Below are positions 49,588 through 58,685 of a stretch of 64,000 bases of DNA, piece after piece (within the stretch, counting starts at the first letter, position 1; each line of letters opens with the position of its first letter). Position numbers and translations under genes: made by a program. This DNA comes from a virus: positions 64,001 through 128,000 of IMG/VR virus record IMGVR_UViG_3300034101_003866; one strand, written 5' to 3'. The notes under the pieces are model-generated. The model had not been told where the DNA came from. It ran no database searches and was given only the letters and a program-made list of their open reading frames with translations.

Positions 49588-51255
49588 TTATGGACTGCTA
49601 GGGGCTGCTCCTGGAGGAGTACGATCAATAACTATGCCAAGAGCTGCGCTAGCTATTCCCACATCTCCAGCTGAGTTTTTAATCCTGGCACTAATTGTAT
49701 ATTGACCATCATTTTTAACCGCATCTTCTGGAATAGCAACGTTATAGCCTCCGAGGAGATCGGGCTCTGCGGGTACTGTGGTGACTACACTATTATTAAC
49801 TAAGATTTCTATAGTATCTGTATTCAGTAGATTTATAGTATTGGGTATACTGAGAGTAACAACTGGAGAAACAGCATTTGTTATATTGTCAGTATCACTT
49901 GATCCAGTGTCTGATGTTGCTACTAAATCAATAATAGCATCGGCTAAAGAAGGCACAGATGATGGAGGTTGAGCATCTGGCTGACCATCATCAATTGTTA
50001 AAGTCGCACCAGGGCCGCCTGCTCCATTAGAAGATAATGCTGGCTTTCTGTATGTGACCACTAACGGATTACTATATGTAATCTCAGACGGACACGAATT
50101 AGAAACTAGTGTTGCTCTTAGCATAATATCATAGTCAATTGACCCTGTCCAAAATTTGGGATATGATGGTATGCTGTAATTATTAACACCATTTTGTCCA
50201 GGTTGACATATTCCTGTTGACTGGCAAAATAAAATCTTACTAGATATCTGAGGAACAGTAGTAATAGATTTTACGTCTATTGTTCCTGATGACGGTCCAA
50301 TGAAAATAATTGGCCATTGGGAATTAATTGTTTCTATTTTGTACGAATATATTTGATTTTTAAGCAAATTATTAATAGATAAATTAAATTCATACGATGC
50401 ATTAACTGTTGTGTCTGTTGGTCTATTTACTATATTAGGAACAGAACTAGATAGTGATATTGATGATTTTGGTAAACAATCCTTGCATCCTATGCTGAAC
50501 TGATTGCTTATAGTTTCTGGACCATCAAAAGAGGTTGGGGTTATTGATAATTCCATTATTGCATATTTATCACTATCTTTCGTAAATAAACATGGCTGTG
50601 GAAGATTATAATTTAGAGTATTAGAATCACAACTTCCGCTTGTTGGACAGAAAGTCACTCTTGCTTTAATTAAACCCGTTGGAGTTGATGGCTTTAGTAT
50701 TCCGGATATTGCATTAACGCTAACTGGCCAATTAGCATCTACACTTTTAAATACATATCTATACTCTTCATAAGGTTGTAAATTTTCTATCTGTGGATTA
50801 ATAACTATAGAGTTACCATCTGCCAGAGTTAGTATTTCATTCTCTATACTTGATGGTATAACATTTGGCAAAAGTTTAGTAGCAGTACTCGTGAATCCGA
50901 GTAACGATCCTCCAATAGCTGGAATTTTTAATGGAATAGCAGATTCGTCTCTAACTATAAAATAATATGATGATCTTGGATCTAAAAATTCTAAATCAGA
51001 ATCTGGATGTGGTGCGTATAGGTATCTTTTATTACCAAGCGAGTCTGATCCTTCTACTAGTTTTGTCCAAAATTTTGGAATTTTTCCATTAGCGCTTTGG
51101 CTGCTATATATAGCACTTATACTTTGAATGAATCGGTCATATTCTGCTCGTCCCTCATCTGTTAAATTTGCTGGAACAGTTTTCAATGACAGTCTTTGAT
51201 TACCACTATAATATGTAATAAAAAATTGGCTATTTATAATCATGATATAGTCCAT
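49588..51255 (-). CDS. protein with two Cys-rich repeats and a C-terminal bacterial Ig-like domain
   Basis: ANWPV and SQWPI repeats; DLVATSDTGSSDTDNITN...DGQYTISA...AGDV...IVIDRTPP is Big-like. Confidence 0.8.
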   Translation of the reverse strand: MDYIMIINSQFFITYYSGNQRLSLKTVPANLTDEGRAEYDRFIQSISAIYSSQSANGKIPKFWTKLVEGSDSLGNKRYLYAPHPDSDLEFLDPRSSYYFIVRDESAIPLKIPAIGGSLLGFTSTATKLLPNVIPSSIENEILTLADGNSIVINPQIENLQPYEEYRYVFKSVDANWPVSVNAISGILKPSTPTGLIKARVTFCPTSGSCDSNTLNYNLPQPCLFTKDSDKYAIMELSITPTSFDGPETISNQFSIGCKDCLPKSSISLSSSVPNIVNRPTDTTVNASYEFNLSINNLLKNQIYSYKIETINSQWPIIFIGPSSGTIDVKSITTVPQISSKILFCQSTGICQPGQNGVNNYSIPSYPKFWTGSIDYDIMLRATLVSNSCPSEITYSNPLVVTYRKPALSSNGAGGPGATLTIDDGQPDAQPPSSVPSLADAIIDLVATSDTGSSDTDNITNAVSPVVTLSIPNTINLLNTDTIEILVNNSVVTTVPAEPDLLGGYNVAIPEDAVKNDGQYTISARIKNSAGDVGIASAALGIVIDRTPPGAAPSSP

Positions 51256-51283
51256 TCATAAAGTTTATGTTGCATAATATTAT

Positions 51284-51290
51284 TTACACC
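51284..51290 (-). promoter_or_regulatory. putative phage promoter motif GGTGTA
   Basis: Reads GGTGTAAATAATATTAT on the - strand, about 28 nt upstream of ATG 51255. Confidence 0.42.
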
Positions 51291-52175
51291 CTATGTAAAA
51301 TCTGATATTGGAATAGTATCCCCAATAACTCTGCCGCCCGCTTTTAATAAACAAACAGAAGGTATTGGCTGTGGTGATTCTGGCGAACCCAATAGGGCCG
51401 TATTTTTAACAGGTAACAGAACAACGGTGTCCTGGTTTTGCGCTGGATTTTCTAATATGAATTTTACTATTACTTGATCTCTTACAATATATGTCCAATT
51501 ATTATTATAGTCTAATGCAGTATATACTGATGAGGCATTGTTATAAACCAGATTCGTTGGGTCGATACAACCAATAGCAGTGACGAAGGAAAATGTTCCA
51601 GAATATGATTGATTTGCTACGAAATTAACAACCTTGTTAAGCTCAATTAAGGTATTAGAAATTAAACTTTTAACAAAATATGTTTCTGTGGTTGGTATTC
51701 CTGGGCCAGTAACTGTTGATCCTAGTGTTATTGATGAACTTGCTCCTGTTGTATCCGTTATTTGTATAATTGATCCTCCGTTAGGACCAATCCCTCCAGA
51801 AGAAGTTGACAAAAGAAGGGTGCCAGCAACACTAGCTTTTGATTCTGGTGAACATATTATTAATAAATAATCAGTATATAATACATTATTTTTTGTATCT
51901 TTTATCGTTAATCTTAATAAAGTTTTCGTTTGTATTTTCTGTAATGCCTTAACTTTCATAAAAATTTTTGGAACCAAACTTGCTGAACCCTGAATAGAAT
52001 AAGATCCTGATGGAGGCTCAAAAGTTATTGTGGTTGGCGGATTTTTAGGTAGGTTAATTGGAGTATCAAAATATAATACATACTCTGTTTGTTTTTTTAT
52101 AGAAGATGGGATAGGGAAATATACAATAAATCCCTTTTGCCCTTCTTCTAATGAATAATTTTGTGTTGTAATCAT
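51291..52175 (-). CDS. hypothetical structural protein
   Basis: Beta-rich 294 aa; ITLGSTVTGPGIP motif is seen in phage tail proteins. Confidence 0.65.
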   Translation of the reverse strand: MITTQNYSLEEGQKGFIVYFPIPSSIKKQTEYVLYFDTPINLPKNPPTTITFEPPSGSYSIQGSASLVPKIFMKVKALQKIQTKTLLRLTIKDTKNNVLYTDYLLIICSPESKASVAGTLLLSTSSGGIGPNGGSIIQITDTTGASSSITLGSTVTGPGIPTTETYFVKSLISNTLIELNKVVNFVANQSYSGTFSFVTAIGCIDPTNLVYNNASSVYTALDYNNNWTYIVRDQVIVKFILENPAQNQDTVVLLPVKNTALLGSPESPQPIPSVCLLKAGGRVIGDTIPISDFT

Positions 52176-52176
52176 A

Positions 52177-52749
52177 TTATATTGTTTCTGATTGACATTT
52201 AATTGTTACTATTTTTTCAAGTAATTTTTTATTATTCTGCGTTACTGATATTACTGAAAATTTAAAGATACTAATATTTTGTTGATTATTGAGAATGGCT
52301 AAATTAATTGGAAGAATTGCTCTTCTTACAGAAATAGTTTCATTAGTAGTAGTTCCTGGTTTAGGAATAGTATAATCAGAATACTTGGCATCTTGTATTA
52401 TTATGTCTTCTATATTGGTATTCGTAGTTAACTCAACAAATTCAAAACTATATTTATATGGTTCTGGTTTTAATTGTGTAATTTCAAACTCTAATATGGC
52501 GCCTAAACAACAATAATTCTCTATACTATCATTAGCAATGAGGTTATTTTCATAGTATGTCTTAATAGTTGGTATTGGATCAAAGCATACCGGCTGACTA
52601 ACAAATTCAACAACTGATCCGTCTGTGAGTTTTGTATATAGTTTTCCAGTAACACTATTCATTACTAATTCACCAATTGATATCTGATCTGTGCTTGGAA
52701 ATCCATCACCTTGCTCGTCTCTTTTAAATAATAGTTTCATGTTGGGCAT
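52177..52749 (-). CDS. tail-fibre-associated protein with an Mtd_N/gp34-like N-terminal attachment motif
   Basis: KLLFKRD...P....ISIGELVMNSVTGKLY. Confidence 0.6.
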   Translation of the reverse strand: MPNMKLLFKRDEQGDGFPSTDQISIGELVMNSVTGKLYTKLTDGSVVEFVSQPVCFDPIPTIKTYYENNLIANDSIENYCCLGAILEFEITQLKPEPYKYSFEFVELTTNTNIEDIIIQDAKYSDYTIPKPGTTTNETISVRRAILPINLAILNNQQNISIFKFSVISVTQNNKKLLEKIVTIKCQSETI

Positions 52750-55199
52750 ACTCCTGTGAATAGAATAGATCCAAAGTCCCAGTTGCTTAGCAGATCATTT
52801 TCTCTTTGTACAGCTAATTCTGGATCTTCTTCCGATATTAAGTTTCCTGATGCATATATATAAGCATATGAACTTTGACCATTAGAATTATATGCTGATA
52901 GTCTATAGTGATAATTTATATTAGATTCAGTACCATTTATAACTTCATTAGTAGAAGTAATAAGATTACTAGTATCATTATAATTCTGCCACGATATTCC
53001 AGCATCGTATGATTCTTCTATTCTATATCCAAGAATTGGACTTGATCCATTTTGGCCAGCTTCCCAAGATAAAGCAATATCAGAATATATAGTATTATCA
53101 AATTCTCTAACATATGCTAAATTATATGGAGCTTTTGGAACAGATGATCCTGGGGTCATGCCACTAGAAGCATCAGAGTATTCACCTATTCCAATTAGGT
53201 TTTGAGCAGATATTCTAAACTTATACTGGGTTGCGGCAGAAAGCCCCTTTATTGTCGCTCTTGTTGATTCTGGTTTTGCTCTATCAACAGAATATGGAGA
53301 CTGTATATCGGTCCATGTGTCACCATTATTGGTGGAAAACTGAATAATATAATTTATTATTAAACTGTTACCATCACTCTCTGGTTGATTCCATTTGATT
53401 GATAATTCACTATTACCAATACCGTTTGAATCAGGATCAAGAATTATACCGTAGGGTTTTCCTGGGGTTGTTGGATTGGTCTTTGGTACTCTGGATATTA
53501 TCTTACCATTTTTATCAATTGTTAATAAAGCATTTGTTATATATTTACCGCTATTATCTGATAACGGCAATGGTCTTAAATAAATGTCTTCAGTAATAAT
53601 ATTAGGACTATATATTGTCCTATCTACTGTTAAATCAGCATAATCATAAACATATCCTGTTATCGTCACCTCTCCTATTGTATAAGTACCAGTTGGTAAT
53701 GAACTTATAACATATGCTCCGCTTGTATTAATAGAAACTTTTGCTCTAGTATCATAATTCCATCCTGAAGGATTTGTTTTTTCTCTATCTAGATACTTTA
53801 CAAAATAAATACCGGAAGATGGAGATCCGCTAGCTGCGTTTGGTACATTAGCATCTACCTTAAGAGCAGGAATCATACCTACTGGAATATTATGTGAATT
53901 TAATCCAAAAATATTTTCATCATAATTTCCATATCTTGTTTTTCTTTGTCCATAAACAAGGAAGTCTATGTTTTCACCAAGCATATTAAATGCTGTATGA
54001 GTATCTGGTCTTATACTGATACTATTAAGTGTGCTTGGTTTAAATTTTAATTGACTATTTTGTAGTTCGTCTTGTATGCAATTATATTGGTTCTTTGCAG
54101 TTCTTCCCAACTGCATATCCATATATGCTCCCTTAGTAACAGAGAATGCGTATCCATTCCCTAAATATGAGTTACCATCTGACCAAGGCTTTGGCGTACA
54201 AATTTTAATAGCTAAGCCTTGTACCGTTTGATCTGGTTCTCCATCGGGGTCAATAAAGTCTGCTTCTTGATAGAGGTCTTCTAATGGAGTAACTAGGTCA
54301 ATAGAATCTTGTTCAGCTCCGTACCTAACTTCTGCTGCAAATTTAACATATACAATTTCTCTCGTATCATTTCTCATTAATTCAATAGTATCAAAACCTA
54401 TTCCAAATTCTGATTCTAGTATTTCTTGAGTTAATGCTGTGGCACTTATACTAGCATCTGCCCATTTAGGTTTATTAATATAAAATATGATTCTACCATC
54501 TTCGACCTTAACTGGTCTCTTTGAGAATCTATTCCATTTAACCCCATCTGCATTAAGATACACTGCTGGAGACCACTCTGCGGGCTGATCTTTTCCCATG
54601 TGTGTAAGAATATTACCTTTATATCCTTCAAAGTTTGGATATATTTGTATTCCTTCTGTTATTTTTGTTATAGCATTTATTGTAACTTTTGCTGGGATTT
54701 GAACGCTATCAATAGTAGTAGATGGTTCATATTCTATTTGTGAAAATGCTTTTATCTCGTGACTATTTGGATTATCAAAATTACCGGAACTTACATATAA
54801 AGGTCCGTATGGTTGACTTGGCATTGTTATAGCATTCAATCCAGTATTAAAAACCAATTTATTTCCCGGAATTGCTGCTAAATCATTTTCTCCAGATCTA
54901 TATATCAAAGCACCTTCAGACCCAGGATAAGACGGTATTATATTTCCACTGGAGTCTATTTTGCTTATTTGTTGATATAAAAGATTTTTAGATCTTAATC
55001 CACTAACGTCAACATATCCTTGTGATATAAGTTGTATTCCGCTTCCGCCAACTAACCACATATTACCACTTGCTGATAATTGAATATTCTTATCTCCAAG
55101 AACATTAAAATATTGTCCATCTATTTTTTTATTTCCAGTATTTATACTAACTCCTGGCCAGCTTTTTGGACCTAGTATTGTAAACCATGAATTGCTCAT
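52737..55199 (-). CDS. tail-associated protein with two C-terminal FN3 domains
   Basis: PGKP...LSIKWNQPESDGNSLIINY...YKFRISAQNLIGIG and PKAP...LSWEAG...YHYRLSAYN. Confidence 0.8.
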   Translation of the reverse strand: MSNSWFTILGPKSWPGVSINTGNKKIDGQYFNVLGDKNIQLSASGNMWLVGGSGIQLISQGYVDVSGLRSKNLLYQQISKIDSSGNIIPSYPGSEGALIYRSGENDLAAIPGNKLVFNTGLNAITMPSQPYGPLYVSSGNFDNPNSHEIKAFSQIEYEPSTTIDSVQIPAKVTINAITKITEGIQIYPNFEGYKGNILTHMGKDQPAEWSPAVYLNADGVKWNRFSKRPVKVEDGRIIFYINKPKWADASISATALTQEILESEFGIGFDTIELMRNDTREIVYVKFAAEVRYGAEQDSIDLVTPLEDLYQEADFIDPDGEPDQTVQGLAIKICTPKPWSDGNSYLGNGYAFSVTKGAYMDMQLGRTAKNQYNCIQDELQNSQLKFKPSTLNSISIRPDTHTAFNMLGENIDFLVYGQRKTRYGNYDENIFGLNSHNIPVGMIPALKVDANVPNAASGSPSSGIYFVKYLDREKTNPSGWNYDTRAKVSINTSGAYVISSLPTGTYTIGEVTITGYVYDYADLTVDRTIYSPNIITEDIYLRPLPLSDNSGKYITNALLTIDKNGKIISRVPKTNPTTPGKPYGIILDPDSNGIGNSELSIKWNQPESDGNSLIINYIIQFSTNNGDTWTDIQSPYSVDRAKPESTRATIKGLSAATQYKFRISAQNLIGIGEYSDASSGMTPGSSVPKAPYNLAYVREFDNTIYSDIALSWEAGQNGSSPILGYRIEESYDAGISWQNYNDTSNLITSTNEVINGTESNINYHYRLSAYNSNGQSSYAYIYASGNLISEEDPELAVQRENDLLSNWDFGSILFTGVCPT

Positions 55200-55214
55200 A
55201 ATTGAATTTCCTCT

Positions 55215-58200
55215 TTAAATAAACCACCCAGGACCATTGGTTTTTTCGTCACACCACCAAGGAAGATTATCTGATTCTATTAAACCAGCATCTGAACATA
55301 AAGAGAATGTGTCTGTTTCTATTCTCTTGGGTTGAGCAGAGAATATACATCCAGTACAACTAGCTATAGTTCCTAATATTGATTTTGTATTACGATTATT
55401 CCATTGGTCATCAAGATTAGTGGCTGGCGTTTGTGTTTGCGTAATAGTTTGTGTGTTTGTTTGTGTGTTTGTTGTGTCTGTTCCACCACCTTGTGTGAAA
55501 TTTAATTCAGATAATGATGACATTATTGTGCCATCACCAATCATAATATGATCAGCATATAACCATCCACTCACACTTAAATTAGCAAATACTTTTGTTT
55601 CTTGGTTTGTTACAGCATCGATACCTGAACCAACCAAATAAGGTTCGGGTCTTTTGATACTAACAGATGATGTTCCAGTAACACTGTTACCATTAACTGG
55701 TCTGTAGTATGCGGCTTTATGCCATTCACTAAGTTCTGGTAGCCAGTATTTTCTATAAGATCCTTTAGCTATACTATAAGTGTCTACATCAGTAAGATAT
55801 ATATTATATGATCCATTATTAAGTATATAATCAATATTATTTTCAGCAATTATTGGAAGAGCCCCATTGTGCATCCAATTTATAAATTTAATAGCATTTA
55901 AATAACTAACAAAAGTGACTGGCTTATTAATCATGGATGGTTTTGGAGAGTACTCATAAACTCCTGTGTCTATTCGTAGTATTCCTCCAAGGTTACTGCT
56001 CGTCATTCTAGAATCATATAATTTACGATCTACTACCTTACTGCTAGCTGTTGCATTTAAGAACTTACAATATTGACTATTAGTAATTTCATATTTACCT
56101 ATTCTATAAAAATTATTAACAACGCCTAGATTGTTTAATATTATAGGAGAATATGATCCAGTTGATCCTTTAACATATGTACTTGATGAATCTTTAATAT
56201 TTCTAGGATCACCAACCGTAACAAAGGACATATTTAGTCCGGTTGCCTGAGATATAGCGGCCGAATCAATTATTCCCTGTAGCCCTGCTATTCTGAAGCC
56301 AACATAATCAAATCCCGACATTCTAGGAAGAGACTCTATACTTTTTAAACCACTGGGGCCTATTTCAACATCGTCTGTTGTTAAGTAAGATCCTCCAGCG
56401 GTAAACTCGTTTATGTCACGAGATTCTATAGATGCTTTTTCAACCCACTCTGCAACGTTTCCGTTCTGATCGTATGTTCCATAATAAGATGGTAATCCAT
56501 TTGTTCCAATATCTGATAATACTCCACTAAATAAATTTCTGCTAATATTATAATTATAATTTGCAGATGAGTAGTAGTTTGAAATGCCGCTTCCTCCAGT
56601 TGTTACCACAATAGGAAACATATCTGTTCTAGTGGTTGCAAATGGAGAATAAATGCCAGATGGTTGTAATACTCTGCCAGAATTAGCTTTAATTAATAGT
56701 GCTGGTTGTTCATCAAGTCCATAAACTATAAAATTAATATCTTTTTGTTTGCTGTTAAAGACAGTATCTGTTAATGGTCGCACACTAAGAATATTTTCTG
56801 TTGAATCAGACAATGTACCTTCATCAACACTCTTAGTCATCGTTAAATATCCACCCTTAGTTATAGAGTAAACATTAACATTTGATGTAATATTTTGTAC
56901 AATATTTTGATCTACTAAAAGTCCAACAACGGCACTACCATTTGATTCTAAACTAATAATTTTTCTGTATATATTAGATCCATTTGATGAGATCACTATT
57001 TGATCTCCAGCAGCAAACTCATCAGCAGAAACACTATCTGTGAAAGTAATTTGTCTCAAGCAGGCTGTTGCGGGTCTTGGGGAATACTTTGTCCAAATAA
57101 CATCTCTTTCAGTTAAGAAATAGTCATCTAAAGTATATATTCCAGTGATTGCTCCATTTGACGTTGTGCTCAATAATTTATTTGCTGGCACAGGAAGTAA
57201 AAGAGCCCCTGCCGAATCAATACTGAGTGGACTATTAATTAGTTTACCGCCAGAAGCCATCAATAGTCCGCTAGATCCCAAATTACTAATAGTAATATTA
57301 GTAACATCAATATTTTGTGAAGATATGGTTGTTAGGTATGAGGTTCCTGTAGCATATACTGAGGACGATGAGAATGTTATTGATGATTGGGGACTAACTG
57401 TTATCTGACTATTTCCATTAGATAATAGTAAATTACCATTATTGTTAATTTGTAATCTATTTCCACTATATCCAACATATGTAGAATCTACTGTAGTTTG
57501 TATGGTTTTTATTCCTGTGACACCAGAAACTACTGTGATATCTAGTGAACCCTTTTCTCCATAAACTGTTGTATTAACTGCTCGTGATTCTATCTGGGCA
57601 TAATTTGTTTGATTGCCTGTAGAATTTTTAGCAGAAAGGTTGATCTGGGAAACAACACTACCACTTGCTATATCTGTTGACGGTTTATGATAAAGAGTTA
57701 TATTAGCTGGATAGCAGGATGTTCTATTCTCTAGTCTTAAGCCTTCTTGACAAACGGTATTAACAATATGGAATACTGTTGATGGCCGTGAGCCTGACGG
57801 AATGTTGATTCCTACTCTTCCGTCATAAGAAAAAAATAAATTTTTACTTAACGATCCGCTTCCATAAACTATAAAATCGCTACCATTAGTACTATTGTTA
57901 ACAATGAAAGGATATGTACCACTAGTTGGGATAATGGTATCTGCTGATGATGCTGAATTTGCTCCGATAAATACTCTTTGAGACTCTGAATCCCAATACA
58001 TTTCGGCATTATTCATTTCTCCACTTAATATAGAAAAAGTATCAGAATCATTATTTAATGACTGTACGCTCATTCTTTCTGGAGACTTATTATTTAGTAC
58101 TACCCAATCCTTCCCTGTCGATGCTAATCTGGCATAATTATTAAATGAATCTAGTGTGCATACTAGTGACCCATCTTTATTATTCACAAATAATGAGTTT

Positions 58201-58682
58201 GATGATTCTATTAGTTTTAATTCAATAATAATATTGTTTGACTGGTCTAATGATGGAAGACTAATGCTAATAGGTTTTGAAGAGCAGTCTACAAGATATA
58301 AGGCACTTATAGCATCTAAAGATAAGTCTTTATCAATAACGATTGTATTATTTAGTCCTTTATCAAAAGAACTTTGATTAGCAAATACATAAAAATCATT
58401 ACCAGAAGATGGAAAATCTACTGTATTGTTATTATTAGACGATGAAATAGTCTCAATTCTTTTAACAACAATATTACCACTATTATCAAATACTATTTCT
58501 CCAACACCAGTTTCAAATAAGCGACTATTTAAGTTTCTGGCTATGTAAGGAATTAAATATCCTACATGATTAGTATTAAGAATATTATATGTTTTTATAG
58601 CAGATACTGGCTTAATAACGTCATTTTCTATAACGAAATTAAATCCAATATTATCAAATACTCTTATTAGTTTGTTTGACAT
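55215..58682 (-). CDS. tail fibre-like protein with a C-terminal FGE-sulfatase domain
   Basis: N-terminal FETGVG...R..ISSSN...VDF fibre motif, GRVGIN; YGTYDQNGNVAEW, VGFR, IGKYEITN, LPELSEWHKAAYY. Confidence 0.75.
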   Translation of the reverse strand: MSNKLIRVFDNIGFNFVIENDVIKPVSAIKTYNILNTNHVGYLIPYIARNLNSRLFETGVGEIVFDNSGNIVVKRIETISSSNNNNTVDFPSSGNDFYVFANQSSFDKGLNNTIVIDKDLSLDAISALYLVDCSSKPISISLPSLDQSNNIIIELKLIESSNSLFVNNKDGSLVCTLDSFNNYARLASTGKDWVVLNNKSPERMSVQSLNNDSDTFSILSGEMNNAEMYWDSESQRVFIGANSASSADTIIPTSGTYPFIVNNSTNGSDFIVYGSGSLSKNLFFSYDGRVGINIPSGSRPSTVFHIVNTVCQEGLRLENRTSCYPANITLYHKPSTDIASGSVVSQINLSAKNSTGNQTNYAQIESRAVNTTVYGEKGSLDITVVSGVTGIKTIQTTVDSTYVGYSGNRLQINNNGNLLLSNGNSQITVSPQSSITFSSSSVYATGTSYLTTISSQNIDVTNITISNLGSSGLLMASGGKLINSPLSIDSAGALLLPVPANKLLSTTSNGAITGIYTLDDYFLTERDVIWTKYSPRPATACLRQITFTDSVSADEFAAGDQIVISSNGSNIYRKIISLESNGSAVVGLLVDQNIVQNITSNVNVYSITKGGYLTMTKSVDEGTLSDSTENILSVRPLTDTVFNSKQKDINFIVYGLDEQPALLIKANSGRVLQPSGIYSPFATTRTDMFPIVVTTGGSGISNYYSSANYNYNISRNLFSGVLSDIGTNGLPSYYGTYDQNGNVAEWVEKASIESRDINEFTAGGSYLTTDDVEIGPSGLKSIESLPRMSGFDYVGFRIAGLQGIIDSAAISQATGLNMSFVTVGDPRNIKDSSSTYVKGSTGSYSPIILNNLGVVNNFYRIGKYEITNSQYCKFLNATASSKVVDRKLYDSRMTSSNLGGILRIDTGVYEYSPKPSMINKPVTFVSYLNAIKFINWMHNGALPIIAENNIDYILNNGSYNIYLTDVDTYSIAKGSYRKYWLPELSEWHKAAYYRPVNGNSVTGTSSVSIKRPEPYLVGSGIDAVTNQETKVFANLSVSGWLYADHIMIGDGTIMSSLSELNFTQGGGTDTTNTQTNTQTITQTQTPATNLDDQWNNRNTKSILGTIASCTGCIFSAQPKRIETDTFSLCSDAGLIESDNLPWWCDEKTNGPGWFI

Positions 58683-58685
58683 ATA

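Noticed and set aside
41190-56580. Diversity-generating retroelement acting on the CLec-fold proteins
   Set aside because: No reverse transcriptase and no near-identical TR/VR pair differing only at adenines was seen in the window. The three copies are old, divergent paralogues. A DGR elsewhere in the genome cannot be excluded.
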